From contig JAQWTH010000017.1 in assembly GCA_029242795.1 (NCBI GenBank), positions 4,211 through 68,210 on the forward strand: a DNA stretch of 64,000 nucleotides, in the 5' to 3' direction. The position numbers and the translations under genes were made by a program. How positions within the stretch are numbered: the stretch's first letter is position 1; each line of letters starts with the position of its first letter. This DNA is from Candidatus Pelagibacterales bacterium. GTDB lineage: Bacteria > Pseudomonadota > Alphaproteobacteria > Pelagibacterales > AG-422-B15. The notes under the pieces are model-generated. The model did no database searches. It was not told the DNA's origin and saw only the letters and a program-made list of their open reading frames with translations. This document shows positions 39,010 to 50,013 of the stretch, one piece after another.

Positions 39010-39641
39010 TAAGTTACTGATTTTATTATATTTTTTGCCTCAAAAATATTTGATCCTTCTTCTAAATTATTTTTATGAATATAATAGTCAAATTCCCAAT
39101 ATTTAGTAGTTAAATTTATCTCATCAACTACATGTACACCTTTATGAAGCAGGTAAACAGTACTATTTTTATTAAGATGATAACTCATTGAAAATATTTC
39201 ATTTATTTTTGCTGTAGCCCTACTTATTATATAGTCAAATGAATGATTTTTTATATTCTCAACTCTATCGTTAATTATTTGAACATTTGAGATATTTAAT
39301 TGATCACAGCAATCCTCTATAAAATTGGCTTTTTTGCTATTACTTTCACACAAGACAAATTCAAATAAATCATTATCTAAAACCATACTTAAAGGTAAGC
39401 CAGGTAAACCAGCACCACTTCCAATATCTAATATTTTGATCTTTTTCGAATTTTTTTCGAAGAATTTTCTTAGTCTCAGAGAATCATGAAAGTGTCGGAT
39501 CCATATGTGTTCCTTGTCTTTTTTAGAAACTAGGTTGAATTTAGCACTAATTATCGTATCTCTGTAATCTGATAGCTTTTTGATTGTTTCACGTGAAACA
39601 TACGGGTTTAAAGTCTCGAGTTGATCAGAAGAATCAATCAT
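39009..39641 (-). CDS. rsmG: 16S rRNA (guanine527-N7) methyltransferase
   Basis: 210 aa; VSRET N-terminal motif, SAM loop LDIGSGAGLPGLPL. Confidence 0.9.
   Translation of the reverse strand: MIDSSDQLETLNPYVSRETIKKLSDYRDTIISAKFNLVSKKDKEHIWIRHFHDSLRLRKFFEKNSKKIKILDIGSGAGLPGLPLSMVLDNDLFEFVLCESNSKKANFIEDCCDQLNISNVQIINDRVENIKNHSFDYIISRATAKINEIFSMSYHLNKNSTVYLLHKGVHVVDEINLTTKYWEFDYYIHKNNLEEGSNIFEAKNIIKSVT
39585..39600. promoter_or_regulatory. parS centromere-like site (perfect consensus palindrome)
   Basis: TGTTTCACGTGAAACA exact 16-mer, inside rsmG codons Y-V-S-R-E-T, about 0.6 kb upstream of parA. Confidence 0.85.
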
Positions 39642-39650
39642 TAATTAACT

Positions 39651-41528
39651 TTAAGCTGATTTTTTAGATTTAGCTCTATTTTTTATAAAAGTTAAGATCA
39701 GATTAATTGAAGACGGAGTTATTCCATCAATTCTTGAAGCCTGAGATATGGTTTTAGGTCTCAATTTGGTTAATTTTTCTCGAATTTCATTTGAAAGACT
39801 AACAATATGACTATAGTCTATTTCATCGGGTATCTTTATTTTTTCATCATTTTTAAGACTTAAAATTTCAGATTTTTGTTTTTTAATATATCCTTTATAA
39901 TGACTTTCAATTTCTATTTGTTCTTTAACCTCATCTTCAAAGTTATTGATTTCTGATAAATTAAAAATCTCAGCAATTTTTTGAATGTCAAAACCTTTAT
40001 AAGATAATAGATCAAATGCAGATCTTTTTTTACCATCTTGATTGATCTTGATGCCAATTTTTTCTAGATATTTTGGCGTAACGTATTGATTTTTAACAAT
40101 TTTATCTAACGTATTAATTGCATTAACTTTTAAATTAAATAGATTTTCTCTGTTATTGCTAATTAGACCAAGGTTCTGAGCAACTGGAGTAAGTCTTATG
40201 TCAGCATTGTCTGCTCTTAATGTTAATCTATATTCAGCTCTAGAAGTAAACATTCGATATGGCTCCGTTACTCCTTTAAGAGTCAGATCATCAATCATGA
40301 CACCGATGTAAGAGTTATTTCTTTGAAAAATATACTCACTTGATTTGAGAGATAAAGCAGCATTAATTCCAGCAACTAAACCTTGTGCAGCTGCTTCTTC
40401 ATATCCTGTCGTTCCATTGATTTGGCCTGCTAAATAAAGACCTTTGATTTTTTTTGTTTCTAAAGTTTGATATAACTCCCTTGGATCGATAAAGTCGTAC
40501 TCGATCGCGTATCCAGGTTGAACTATCTCAACATTCTCTAAACCATTGATTTTATTAATAAATTCTTTCTGAACATAGTCTGGTAAAGATGTTGAAATAC
40601 CATTTGGATAAACAAGATCACTATCTAGACCTTCTGGTTCAAGAAATATTTGATGTCTTATTTTTTCTTTAAATCTTACAATTTTATCCTCAACTGATGG
40701 ACAGTATCTGGGTCCTGTGCTCTTGATTTGACCTGAATAAATAGCTGATTTATTTATATTTTTTTGGATTATACTGTGAACTTCTTCATTGGTGTGAGTA
40801 ATATGACAAGGGACCTGTTCGTTAAAAGTTCGCTTTGTTAAAAAAGAGAAATAAGAATGCTCTTCATCTGCATTTTGTAATTCAAGCTTACTGTAATCAA
40901 TTGTTTCTTTTCTAAGACGTGCTGGAGTTCCAGTTTTTAATCTACCTATATCAAATCCAGTCTTATATAGGGATTTAGCTAAACCAATTGATGGCTTATC
41001 TCCATGTCGACCTGCAGGAAGTGTTTTTTCACCAATGTGTATTAATCCATTTAAAAATGTTCCGGTAGTAATTATAACTTTTTCAGTTGATATTTTTTTT
41101 CCACTTTCGCACAGAATTCCATTTATATTATTTTGATCATCAAAAAGTAAGTCTTCAACTGGGTCGAATAAGCAGGTTAAATTACTGTAACCACTAATTT
41201 CTTCTTGCATGAATTTTTTATATAATTTGCGATCAGATTGAGATCTTGGCCCTCTAACTGCAGGACCTTTTGTGCGATTTAATAACCTATACTGAATACT
41301 AGATAAGTCAGCAATTCTTCCCATTATTCCATCAAGAGCATCGATTTCTCTTACAAGGTGTCCTTTTCCCAATCCTCCAATTGCTGGGTTACATGACATC
41401 TCTCCGATAGTCTCAAATTTATGGCTTATTAAGAGGGTTTTAGCTCCTAACCTAGCAGATGTTGTTGCAGCCTCACATCCTGCATGGCCTCCGCCAATTA
41501 CAACAACGTCAAAATCAGTTTCAGACAT
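39651..41528 (-). CDS. mnmG: tRNA uridine-5-carboxymethylaminomethyl synthesis enzyme MnmG (GidA)
   Basis: 625 aa; FAD fold [28 protein letters not shown]. Confidence 0.97.
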   Translation of the reverse strand: MSETDFDVVVIGGGHAGCEAATTSARLGAKTLLISHKFETIGEMSCNPAIGGLGKGHLVREIDALDGIMGRIADLSSIQYRLLNRTKGPAVRGPRSQSDRKLYKKFMQEEISGYSNLTCLFDPVEDLLFDDQNNINGILCESGKKISTEKVIITTGTFLNGLIHIGEKTLPAGRHGDKPSIGLAKSLYKTGFDIGRLKTGTPARLRKETIDYSKLELQNADEEHSYFSFLTKRTFNEQVPCHITHTNEEVHSIIQKNINKSAIYSGQIKSTGPRYCPSVEDKIVRFKEKIRHQIFLEPEGLDSDLVYPNGISTSLPDYVQKEFINKINGLENVEIVQPGYAIEYDFIDPRELYQTLETKKIKGLYLAGQINGTTGYEEAAAQGLVAGINAALSLKSSEYIFQRNNSYIGVMIDDLTLKGVTEPYRMFTSRAEYRLTLRADNADIRLTPVAQNLGLISNNRENLFNLKVNAINTLDKIVKNQYVTPKYLEKIGIKINQDGKKRSAFDLLSYKGFDIQKIAEIFNLSEINNFEDEVKEQIEIESHYKGYIKKQKSEILSLKNDEKIKIPDEIDYSHIVSLSNEIREKLTKLRPKTISQASRIDGITPSSINLILTFIKNRAKSKKSA

Positions 41529-41529
41529 G

Positions 41530-41554
41530 ACTTAGTTAAATAAATTAACTAAGT
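41530..41554 (-). other. Perfect 10-bp inverted repeat abutting the mnmG start codon
   Basis: ACTTAGTTAA-ATAAA-TTAACTAAGT. The hairpin ends 1 nt before the mnmG ATG on the transcript, with no following U-run. Confidence 0.4.
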
Positions 41555-41579
41555 TGAAATGCAACTAAATTATTTTTGA

Positions 41580-42881
41580 TTATTTGCCAATACAAAAGTC
41601 TTTAAAGATAACTTCTAAGTATTCTTCAACATCAACAAGTCCTGTAAGGCGTCCTATTTCATTCACTGCTAATCTTAATTCTTCAACAAATAATTCAGTT
41701 TGATTTATTGGATCAATATTTTTTGCACTACTTAAACTTTGAATTATTTTTTGAGAACCTAGAATATATCGAGTTCTTGTAGGAATTGTTTCAGATATAT
41801 TGCTTAAATCTTTGTCAATATGACTTGAAATAGCATTAATTAATTCATCAATACCTTGATTGGTTTTAGTTGAAATTTTTAGAGTTTCTAAATTTGTAAC
41901 TTCATTTTCATTAATTAAATCAATTTTATTTAAAACTGAAACTCGTCCTTTTTTTTGATTTATTTTTCTAATATCATCAAAAAGTTCAACTACCAAATGA
42001 CTATCAGCAATCTTTTTATGAGTAATATCTATTCCCTTTTTTTCAATAGTATTTGAAGCCTCCCTGATTCCAGCGGTATCAGTAAATATAACAGGATAAC
42101 CACTAATATTTAATGTAACTTCAATGGCGTCACGTGTAGTTCCTGCTTCTTCTGAAACAATTGCAACATCTCTTTTGGCAAGTAAATTTATCAAACTGGA
42201 TTTACCTACATTTGGTTCACCAATGATAGCAATTCGAAATCCATCTTTAATAATCTCACCTTGATTTTTTTCTGAGATATGGAGACTTATATCTGAAATT
42301 AATTCATCAATCTTTTTCATTATATTCTTTAAAACATCAGCTGGAATATCTTCATCAGCAAAGTCAATTCCAGCCTCAAGATATGCTATGATTTCAATTA
42401 ATTTTTTTCTCCAAGACAAATAAAGTTTATTTAGTGAACCACTCACCTGACTTAGTGCGAGCTTATGCTGAACTTCGGTATGAGCATTAATTAAATCACC
42501 CATAGCCTCTATTGCTGTAAGATCCATTTTATCATTTACAAATGCTCTTTTTGTGAATTCTCCGGGCTCTGCTAGACGTAATTGGTCTATTTTTCCAAGT
42601 GCATTTAAAACTAAATTTATAGTTGAAATTCCACCATGAATGTGAAGTTCAGTAACATCTTCTCCAGTAAAACTTTTAGGTTTGGCAAAATAAACTCCAA
42701 GCCCAGTATCAATGTGCATTCCATCATCAGGATCATAAATTTTGATGTGTTTCATTTTATGAGTTTCAAAATTACTCTTCCGAGATAACGTTTTAAGAGC
42801 AGTGAGAGCTAAGTGACCTGAGATTCTAATTACCGCTAAACCTGAAACACCATTTGCAGTTGATAAAGCATAGATTGTCAT
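41580..42881 (-). CDS. mnmE: tRNA modification GTPase MnmE (TrmE)
   Basis: 433 aa; G1 GEPNVGKSSL, G3 TDTAGIR, NKIDL, C-terminal CIGK. Confidence 0.95.
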   Translation of the reverse strand: MTIYALSTANGVSGLAVIRISGHLALTALKTLSRKSNFETHKMKHIKIYDPDDGMHIDTGLGVYFAKPKSFTGEDVTELHIHGGISTINLVLNALGKIDQLRLAEPGEFTKRAFVNDKMDLTAIEAMGDLINAHTEVQHKLALSQVSGSLNKLYLSWRKKLIEIIAYLEAGIDFADEDIPADVLKNIMKKIDELISDISLHISEKNQGEIIKDGFRIAIIGEPNVGKSSLINLLAKRDVAIVSEEAGTTRDAIEVTLNISGYPVIFTDTAGIREASNTIEKKGIDITHKKIADSHLVVELFDDIRKINQKKGRVSVLNKIDLINENEVTNLETLKISTKTNQGIDELINAISSHIDKDLSNISETIPTRTRYILGSQKIIQSLSSAKNIDPINQTELFVEELRLAVNEIGRLTGLVDVEEYLEVIFKDFCIGK

Positions 42882-42912
42882 TTATTCTTTGAATTACTCT
42901 ATGAAGTGATTT

Positions 42913-43482
42913 ATGGCAATAAATAATAGTTTTTTTTATAAAAGAAGATCCGTAACAGCTAAAAATATGCTTGCTACCAAAGTTAGTGAGGATGATTTAA
43001 AAGATATTCTATCTGCTGGAATTAGAGTTCCTGATCATGGTGCATTAAACCCTTGGAAAATTGTTGTTATTAAGGACGAACAACTAGAAAAATTTGACAA
43101 AGAAGTGATTTTACAAGAGTTCCTAAGAGAAAATCCGAATGCCTCAGAAAAAGAAATTGAAATAGAGTCATCCAGACTTCAAAGAGGAGGGGTTGTTCTT
43201 GCGGTACTATCGACTCCTGTTGAGCATCCAAAAATTCCTAAATGGGAAATGCAATTATCATCTGCGGCTGTGTGCATGAACTTATTAAGCTGTGCACAGT
43301 CTAAAGGTTATGCAGCTCAATGGATAACCGAATGGTATGCTTACAATAAAGTAGTAATCGAAAAACTGGGTGGAGACTTCAATAGGGATAAAATTTCAGG
43401 ATTTATCTACATTGGTCAACAAAGTGAACCTCCTAAAGAACGGCGACGCCCTAATCCTGATGATATAATTTCTTATTATTAG
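42913..43482 (+). CDS. Nitroreductase-family protein
   Basis: 189 aa; [16 protein letters not shown] block typical of the nitroreductase fold. Confidence 0.8.
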   Translation: MAINNSFFYKRRSVTAKNMLATKVSEDDLKDILSAGIRVPDHGALNPWKIVVIKDEQLEKFDKEVILQEFLRENPNASEKEIEIESSRLQRGGVVLAVLSTPVEHPKIPKWEMQLSSAAVCMNLLSCAQSKGYAAQWITEWYAYNKVVIEKLGGDFNRDKISGFIYIGQQSEPPKERRRPNPDDIISYY

Positions 43483-43495
43483 GTCTCAATTAAAA

Positions 43496-45496
43496 ATGGC
43501 GAATAATTTACTATCTAAGGAAACAAGTCCGTACCTCTTACAGCATAAGGACAATCCCGTAAATTGGTATGGTTGGGGTGAAGATGCATTCGTCCAAGCT
43601 GAACAAGAGAATAAACCAATACTTCTATCTATTGGATATGCTTCCTGTCACTGGTGTCATGTCATGGCACATGAAAGCTTTGAAGATGATGAAACAGCGA
43701 AAATTATGAATGACAAATTCATCAATATTAAACTTGATCGAGAGGAACGACCAGACGTTGATAGTATATATCAAACTGCACTCGCACTGCTTGGTCAGCA
43801 AGGGGGTTGGCCATTAACTATGTTCTTGGACTCATCAAAAAAACCTTTTTGGGGAGGAACATATTTTCCAAAAACTCCTCGTCAAGGAATGCCATCTTTT
43901 CAAAGTATATTAAATATGGTCTCTGAGTCATTTTATAAAAATAAAGATGATATTGAAAAAAATAAAACTGTTATTTTCAATGCTATGCAAAAATTACAGG
44001 GTGAGAGATATGAAAATGAAGTTGATGAAAAATTTTATAAAAAAATATCTGAATTAATATTATCAAATATAGATACAATCCACGGTGGACTCAAAGGAGC
44101 TCCAAAATTTCCTCAATTTTTCTTGTATGAATACTTATTAAAGCAACACGTAAAAAACTCAGATAATTTATTTTATGATTTATCTATTAAATCGATTGAT
44201 CAAATATGTAGTGGGGGTATCTACGATCATATTGGTGGAGGAATATCTCGATATTCAGTTGATCAGTATTGGCTAGTGCCTCATTTTGAAAAGATGCTTT
44301 ATGATAATGCTCAACTCATCGGAATATTAAATAGTTTTTGGCAATTAACAAAAAAAGAAGCGTACAAAAATAAAATTTATGAAACTGTGGATTGGCTAAA
44401 AAAAGATATGTTAGATTCTTCTGCAGCATTTTATTCATCTTATGATGCTGACTCTGAAGGAGTTGAAGGTAAATATTATGTATGGTCATATCAAGAACTG
44501 CAGAAAATACTAGGAAATGACTTTTTATTTTTTACTAAAATATTTGATGTTTATGAGAACGGTAATTGGGAAGGAAGTAATGTTCTTAGTTGTAGTGAAA
44601 ACTTACATATTGAAAGTGGTGACTATAGTAAATTAAGACAATTAATCAATACTTTATATGATGAAAGAATAAAAAGACCTAAACCAACGTGCGATAATAA
44701 AATTTTATGCGATTGGAATGGGCTTGCAATCGATAGTATAGCAAAATCATCAGCAATTTTTAGAGATGACAAATTATTAAACTTAGCTCTACAAGCATTT
44801 AACTTCATCAAAACATCAATGTATGATGGAGAAACACTTTACCACTCACATTGCAATTCAATTAATAAACATGATGGCATGCTTGAAGATTATGCCTATC
44901 TTATCAAAGCAGGTTTAACTATTTTTGAGATCACAACGGATGAACAGTACCTAAAGTTCTCATTAGAACTAACTGAGACACTAATTGAAAATTTTGGTGA
45001 TGAAAAAGGTATGTTTTTTATAACCTCAAAGATGAAGGACGATATTATTATTAGAAATAAACAAATAGTAGATAATGTCATGCCAAATGCTAACGCGGTT
45101 ATGATAGAGAACTTAACCAGGTTATATTTTATCACTGGTGAGCATAAATATAATCAACTAAATACAAAAATTATTCAAGATTACTCATCAAGAATAAATA
45201 AAGAATACTTTGGAATATGTTCTTTTTTAAATAGTTTAGATTTTTTTAATAATTATCAATCAATAATTATTACTGGTATAAATAAAGATGATAATAAAAA
45301 AATTTATGATCAACTAGTTAAAAAATATTTACCAAATACCATAATCCTAATGATTAATAAAAAAACAAATATCATTTCTAAAAATGACTTTTTGAAACAG
45401 ATCGAAATAAAGAACCAGTCATCTATTTATTTGTGCAAGAATAATACATGTTCACTACCTAGCAAAAGTGTAGAAGAAATTTTAAAAATGATATGA
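43496..45496 (+). CDS. Thioredoxin-domain (DUF255) / six-hairpin glycosidase-like protein, YyaL/SPATA20 family
   Basis: 666 aa; [22 protein letters not shown] ... [20 protein letters not shown] signature. Confidence 0.85.
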   Translation: MANNLLSKETSPYLLQHKDNPVNWYGWGEDAFVQAEQENKPILLSIGYASCHWCHVMAHESFEDDETAKIMNDKFINIKLDREERPDVDSIYQTALALLGQQGGWPLTMFLDSSKKPFWGGTYFPKTPRQGMPSFQSILNMVSESFYKNKDDIEKNKTVIFNAMQKLQGERYENEVDEKFYKKISELILSNIDTIHGGLKGAPKFPQFFLYEYLLKQHVKNSDNLFYDLSIKSIDQICSGGIYDHIGGGISRYSVDQYWLVPHFEKMLYDNAQLIGILNSFWQLTKKEAYKNKIYETVDWLKKDMLDSSAAFYSSYDADSEGVEGKYYVWSYQELQKILGNDFLFFTKIFDVYENGNWEGSNVLSCSENLHIESGDYSKLRQLINTLYDERIKRPKPTCDNKILCDWNGLAIDSIAKSSAIFRDDKLLNLALQAFNFIKTSMYDGETLYHSHCNSINKHDGMLEDYAYLIKAGLTIFEITTDEQYLKFSLELTETLIENFGDEKGMFFITSKMKDDIIIRNKQIVDNVMPNANAVMIENLTRLYFITGEHKYNQLNTKIIQDYSSRINKEYFGICSFLNSLDFFNNYQSIIITGINKDDNKKIYDQLVKKYLPNTIILMINKKTNIISKNDFLKQIEIKNQSSIYLCKNNTCSLPSKSVEEILKMI

Positions 45497-46023
45497 TTTC
45501 ACAGAGACTCAAAAAAAGAATTAGAATAATAAAAAATTTTCCAAAGAAAGGGATTTTATTTCAAGACATAACGTCGATAACAGATGACAACGAACTTTTC
45601 TCAGAAGTTATCAATGAAATAGTAAAGTACGCAAAGAAAAATAAAATAACAAAGATTGCTGGAATAGAAGCACGTGGATTTATTTTTGGATCTGCTACTG
45701 CTATAAAATTGAATATTCCATTCATACCAATTAGAAAAAAAAATAAACTTCCAGGTAAAGTATATAGCCAAAAATATAAATTAGAATATGGATTCGATGA
45801 AATACAAGTCCATCAAAGCGCAATAGTAAAAAAAGATAAAATTTTAATTATCGATGATTTAATAGCTACTGGTGGAACTGCATTAGCGTCAGCAAAATTA
45901 ATCAGCAAATTTATACCATCAAAAATCTGCTTCTTTTTTATTATTAATCTCCAAAACCTTGAGGGATTGAATAAAATTAATAATGATTATGAAGCTAAAG
46001 TTTTATTGAATACGGAGGGTTAG
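45493..46023 (+). CDS. apt: Adenine phosphoribosyltransferase
   Basis: 176 aa; [13 protein letters not shown] and PRPP loop [13 protein letters not shown]. Confidence 0.9.
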   Translation: MISQRLKKRIRIIKNFPKKGILFQDITSITDDNELFSEVINEIVKYAKKNKITKIAGIEARGFIFGSATAIKLNIPFIPIRKKNKLPGKVYSQKYKLEYGFDEIQVHQSAIVKKDKILIIDDLIATGGTALASAKLISKFIPSKICFFFIINLQNLEGLNKINNDYEAKVLLNTEG

Positions 46024-46026
46024 CGC

Positions 46027-47292
46027 TTAATTTGATTTATTCATTGATTGAAAAAATTCAGCATTGCTCTTGGTATCTTTAAGTTTACTCAATAAAAACT
46101 CAATAGAATCCATCGTTCCCATTGGATTAAGAATCCTTCTAAGAACGTACATTTTCTGAAGATCATCAGGGGCTAATAGTATCTCTTCTTTTCTTGTGCC
46201 AGACTTAGTAATATCAATTGCAGGATATGTTCTTTTGTCAGCGACTTTTCTATCGAGAATGATTTCTGAGTTACCTGTTCCTTTAAATTCCTCAAAAATT
46301 ACTTCATCCATCCTACTACCTGTATCAATTAAAGCTGTAGATATAATTGTAAGAGATCCACCATCCTCTATATTTCTTGCGGCTCCAAAAAATCTTTTTG
46401 GTCGTTGAAGTGCATTTGCATCAACACCACCAGTTAAGACCTTTCCTGAACTTGGTACAACTGTGTTATATGCTCGGCCTAAACGAGTAATCGAGTCCAA
46501 TAATATGACAACATCTTTTTTGTGTTCTACTAATCTTTTAGCTTTTTCAATAACCATCTCAGCAACTTGTACGTGTCTTGATGCAGGTTCATCAAAGGTT
46601 GAACTCACAACTTCACCTTTTACAGATCGCTGCATATCGGTAACTTCCTCTGGTCTTTCGTCAATAAGTAATACCATTAAATAACATTCTGGATGGTTTT
46701 CAGTTATTGAGTGAGCAATATTTTGAAGTAATACAGTTTTTCCAGTTCTTGGGGGAGAAACAATTAGGGCTCTCTGACCCTTACCGATTGGAGATACAAG
46801 ATCTATAACTCTTGCACTTGCATCCTTTGATGGTTTTTCAGTTTCTAACTTGATTTGTTCATCTGGATAAAGTGGAGTTAAGTTATCAAAATTAATCTTA
46901 TTTTTACTTTTTTCATTACCTTCGTAATTAATCTTATCAACTTTAAGCAATGCAAAGTATCGTTCTCCATCTTTTGGTGCACGAATTGGACCTTCTACTG
47001 TATCTCCAGAACGTAAAGAAAATCTTTTAATTTGACTTGGACTTACATAAATATCGTCTGGACCTGGAAGATAGTTTGCTTCCATAGATCTTAAAAATCC
47101 AAAACCATCTTGTAATACCTCTAAGACACCCTCACCATCAATTTCTTTTTTATCTGCAGCAAGATTTTTTAATATCGAAAACAACATGTCCTGAGTACGC
47201 ATAGAACTGGCATTTTCCACTCCAAGCTCTTCGGCATATTCAAGTAGTTCTTTTGGGGTTTTTCTTTTTAGTTCTCTTAATTTGAGATTCAT
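46027..47292 (-). CDS. rho: Transcription termination factor Rho
   Basis: 421 aa; N-terminal RNA-binding GFGFLR, Walker [37 protein letters not shown]. Confidence 0.97.
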   Translation of the reverse strand: MNLKLRELKRKTPKELLEYAEELGVENASSMRTQDMLFSILKNLAADKKEIDGEGVLEVLQDGFGFLRSMEANYLPGPDDIYVSPSQIKRFSLRSGDTVEGPIRAPKDGERYFALLKVDKINYEGNEKSKNKINFDNLTPLYPDEQIKLETEKPSKDASARVIDLVSPIGKGQRALIVSPPRTGKTVLLQNIAHSITENHPECYLMVLLIDERPEEVTDMQRSVKGEVVSSTFDEPASRHVQVAEMVIEKAKRLVEHKKDVVILLDSITRLGRAYNTVVPSSGKVLTGGVDANALQRPKRFFGAARNIEDGGSLTIISTALIDTGSRMDEVIFEEFKGTGNSEIILDRKVADKRTYPAIDITKSGTRKEEILLAPDDLQKMYVLRRILNPMGTMDSIEFLLSKLKDTKSNAEFFQSMNKSN

Positions 47293-47481
47293 AGTTTATA
47301 TTTTTCTTATAGTTATGTTTGATGTGAATGTTTAAGGAAATTGTATCGTGGGTGAGCAAAGTAATAATTTAAAATCATACCATTCGCAAGGCTAAAATGA
47401 ATTTCTTAATAGTCTGATTTCATGAATTTTCGTTAAATAATTGATTAATAAGTAAAAAATTAATAAAATTTTTCACTTTTG

Positions 47482-48006
47482 TTATTTATTTATTAATCGA
47501 TCAGCAAATAATTGGACATTATCCCAGTTTGTAAAATCATATTTTCTAGATGTATCCGTTGGTCCACCAGTAAGCCACATTATAAATCTAATTATATGTT
47601 TATCAAAAAATTTATATTTTTTGTAATCTATCTCCCCAGCAAACACCTCCGTATGATCAGGTATCCAGCCTGATTGCTTTAAGAATTTTTTCATATAAGG
47701 ATTAGTCGATGGTGAGTTTTTTTCAGATTTTCTCGCTACTGCATTCACACTAAAAAAACAGGTTTCTGTCTTTTCTAAAGTTCTACGATTTCTTCTAATA
47801 AATTCGTATAATTCTTTTTTATGTTTTCCATATCTAATGCTTGCTCCAACTATAATTAAATTATAACTAGAAAGATCTACGAAGTATGCACTTGAAAGTT
47901 TTAGGATTTTTATTTTGTACGATTCATTTAAGATATTAAATATCTGATCACAAATTTTTTTTGTATGACCATCAGTTGTCGAAAATATAATTAGACAGCT
48001 TTTCAT
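47482..48006 (-). CDS. hemG: Flavodoxin-like protoporphyrinogen IX dehydrogenase HemG
   Basis: 174 aa; collinear with E. coli HemG as I recall it: IIFSTTDGHTKKI, GASIRYG, SVNAVARKSEKNSPSTNPY, GGPTDT. Confidence 0.88.
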   Translation of the reverse strand: MKSCLIIFSTTDGHTKKICDQIFNILNESYKIKILKLSSAYFVDLSSYNLIIVGASIRYGKHKKELYEFIRRNRRTLEKTETCFFSVNAVARKSEKNSPSTNPYMKKFLKQSGWIPDHTEVFAGEIDYKKYKFFDKHIIRFIMWLTGGPTDTSRKYDFTNWDNVQLFADRLINK

Positions 48007-48011
48007 TTTAT

Positions 48012-49019
48012 TTATTCAAGTGTTTCTATGTGCTTTTCAATAATTTTATTAAAACATTCAATGTGAACTTCGCTATCATTCAAACATGGTACATATTCAA
48101 ACTCATTACCTCCAGCCTTCAAGAAAATTTCTTTATTTTCCTCATCGATTTCTTCGATGGTCTCTAAACAATCAACACTAAAAGCTGGGGCTATAACAAG
48201 GATGTTTTTTACCCCTAAGGATGGGAGCTCCTCCATTGTTTCGCTTGTATAAGGCTTTAACCACTCAGCTTTACCAAAGCGAGATTGAAAGGTAGTTATA
48301 TATTGGTCTTCTTTGAGTTTAAGTTTTTCTGAAACTAGTCTCGTAGTTTTATGACAAAAACAATAATAAGGATCACCTAAGTCAAAATTTCTTTTAGTAA
48401 TTCCATGATATGTAAAAACAATCTTGTCGGGTGACTTATTTTTAATTCTTTCTCGCAGTGACTGGGCTAGTGCTAAAATATAACTCTCGTTGTCATGATA
48501 ACTGTTTACAAAATTAAGTTTGGGAACCCATCTCCATTTAGATAATACTCTTGAAACTTCGTCAAAAATACTACCTGTAGTTGTTCCTGAGTACTGAGGA
48601 AACATTGGTAAAACTAAAAGACTTTGACAGTTTTTGTTTTTAAGGGAAAGAAGTGCCTCTTCCATTTTTGGGTTGCCATATCGCATTGCAAGCTCAATTT
48701 CTAAGTTTTTGGGTGCGGTTTTTTTAATTTTTTCAACAATTTTATTTGAGTAGGTTAGAAGTGGTGAACCGTCCTCTGTCCAGATTGATTTATATAACCT
48801 TGCTGATTTCCGAGATCGGATTGGCACGATTATTAAATTAAGAATAAACCACCATATAATCTTTGGTATTTCTACAACTCTACCATCCGATAAAAACTCT
48901 TTTAGAAACCGGCCAACGTCTCTAGCGCGATAACTATCTGGTGTTCCGAGATTACAAAAAATAACACCAATCTTTTTTGGGTTTTCGTGCTTGAAACTAT
49001 CTTCACCAATAAACTTCAT
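48012..49019 (-). CDS. hemH: Ferrochelatase
   Basis: 335 aa; GVIFCNLGTPDS, LPMFPQYSGTTTGS, FSVDCLETIEEI. Confidence 0.95.
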   Translation of the reverse strand: MKFIGEDSFKHENPKKIGVIFCNLGTPDSYRARDVGRFLKEFLSDGRVVEIPKIIWWFILNLIIVPIRSRKSARLYKSIWTEDGSPLLTYSNKIVEKIKKTAPKNLEIELAMRYGNPKMEEALLSLKNKNCQSLLVLPMFPQYSGTTTGSIFDEVSRVLSKWRWVPKLNFVNSYHDNESYILALAQSLRERIKNKSPDKIVFTYHGITKRNFDLGDPYYCFCHKTTRLVSEKLKLKEDQYITTFQSRFGKAEWLKPYTSETMEELPSLGVKNILVIAPAFSVDCLETIEEIDEENKEIFLKAGGNEFEYVPCLNDSEVHIECFNKIIEKHIETLE

Positions 49020-49026
49020 TATATAA

Positions 49027-50013
49027 TTATAGATTGTCCCTGATTTTATTAATTAGTTGCTTTACGTTGTCTGTTGGTGTTTTTGGTAAAACACCATGAC
49101 CGAGGTTAAAAATATGTGGCTTATTTTTAAAGGCAAGTAAAATATTCTCAGCTTCTTTATCAAGGTTATCACCACCTATTAAAAGAGACTCAGGGTTCAG
49201 GTTTCCTTGAAAGCACAATCTTTGATTAAGTAAATCTAGTTTATGAAGATCAAATTTAGTATCTAATGATATACAGTCTAAATATTTAATGTTTGAATAA
49301 CGTATATAATTCATCAGTGATGCCTCTCTGGGAAAGCCTATATTATATGATCCAAGTTCTTTTAATGCAGAAAATATTTTGTTTGCAGGATCCAGACACC
49401 AGGTTTCAAACTGCTCATCATTTAACAATCCAGACCATGACTCAAATAGTTGAAAAACATCAATGCCTGATTTGATTTGATTGGCCGCATGTTCAATAAT
49501 TATATCTGTAAATATCGGTACAAGATTATTTATTTCTTTTTCTTTTTGTGTAATTAATTTTTTATCAAAAGCTCTTCTTGTTTCACGATCAAACAAACAA
49601 TAATAAATGGTAGACCATACCCCTCCTGAAAAACCAATAAGAGGCTGGTTGCTTGTATCTCTAATTTTTTTGATTGCGCTATATATTGGTTCTGCCTTCT
49701 TTGTGTCTACTTTACTTGATTTATCAAATTCAACTAACGGACCGCTATTTTCACCAAATGATATCTGGCTTCCCATTAAATAAGGTATAATTAAAATATC
49801 TGAGAATAAAATTGATGCATCTAAACTATATCGCTGAACAGGTTGCAATGTAACCTCAACGATTGTTTCAGTATCTAAAAACATACTCAATAAACTCTTA
49901 TGCCTTTTTTTAATCTCAAGATATTCAGGCAAGTGTCTCCCTGCTTGTCTCATAAGCCAAACAGGCGTTTCCTTTGTTTTGTTTCCTTTAAGGTTATCTA
50001 ATAAAATACTCAT
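49027..50013 (-). CDS. hemE: Uroporphyrinogen decarboxylase
   Basis: 328 aa; PVWLMRQAGRHLPEY signature, FNLGHGV near the C-terminus. Confidence 0.95.
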   Translation of the reverse strand: MSILLDNLKGNKTKETPVWLMRQAGRHLPEYLEIKKRHKSLLSMFLDTETIVEVTLQPVQRYSLDASILFSDILIIPYLMGSQISFGENSGPLVEFDKSSKVDTKKAEPIYSAIKKIRDTSNQPLIGFSGGVWSTIYYCLFDRETRRAFDKKLITQKEKEINNLVPIFTDIIIEHAANQIKSGIDVFQLFESWSGLLNDEQFETWCLDPANKIFSALKELGSYNIGFPREASLMNYIRYSNIKYLDCISLDTKFDLHKLDLLNQRLCFQGNLNPESLLIGGDNLDKEAENILLAFKNKPHIFNLGHGVLPKTPTDNVKQLINKIRDNL

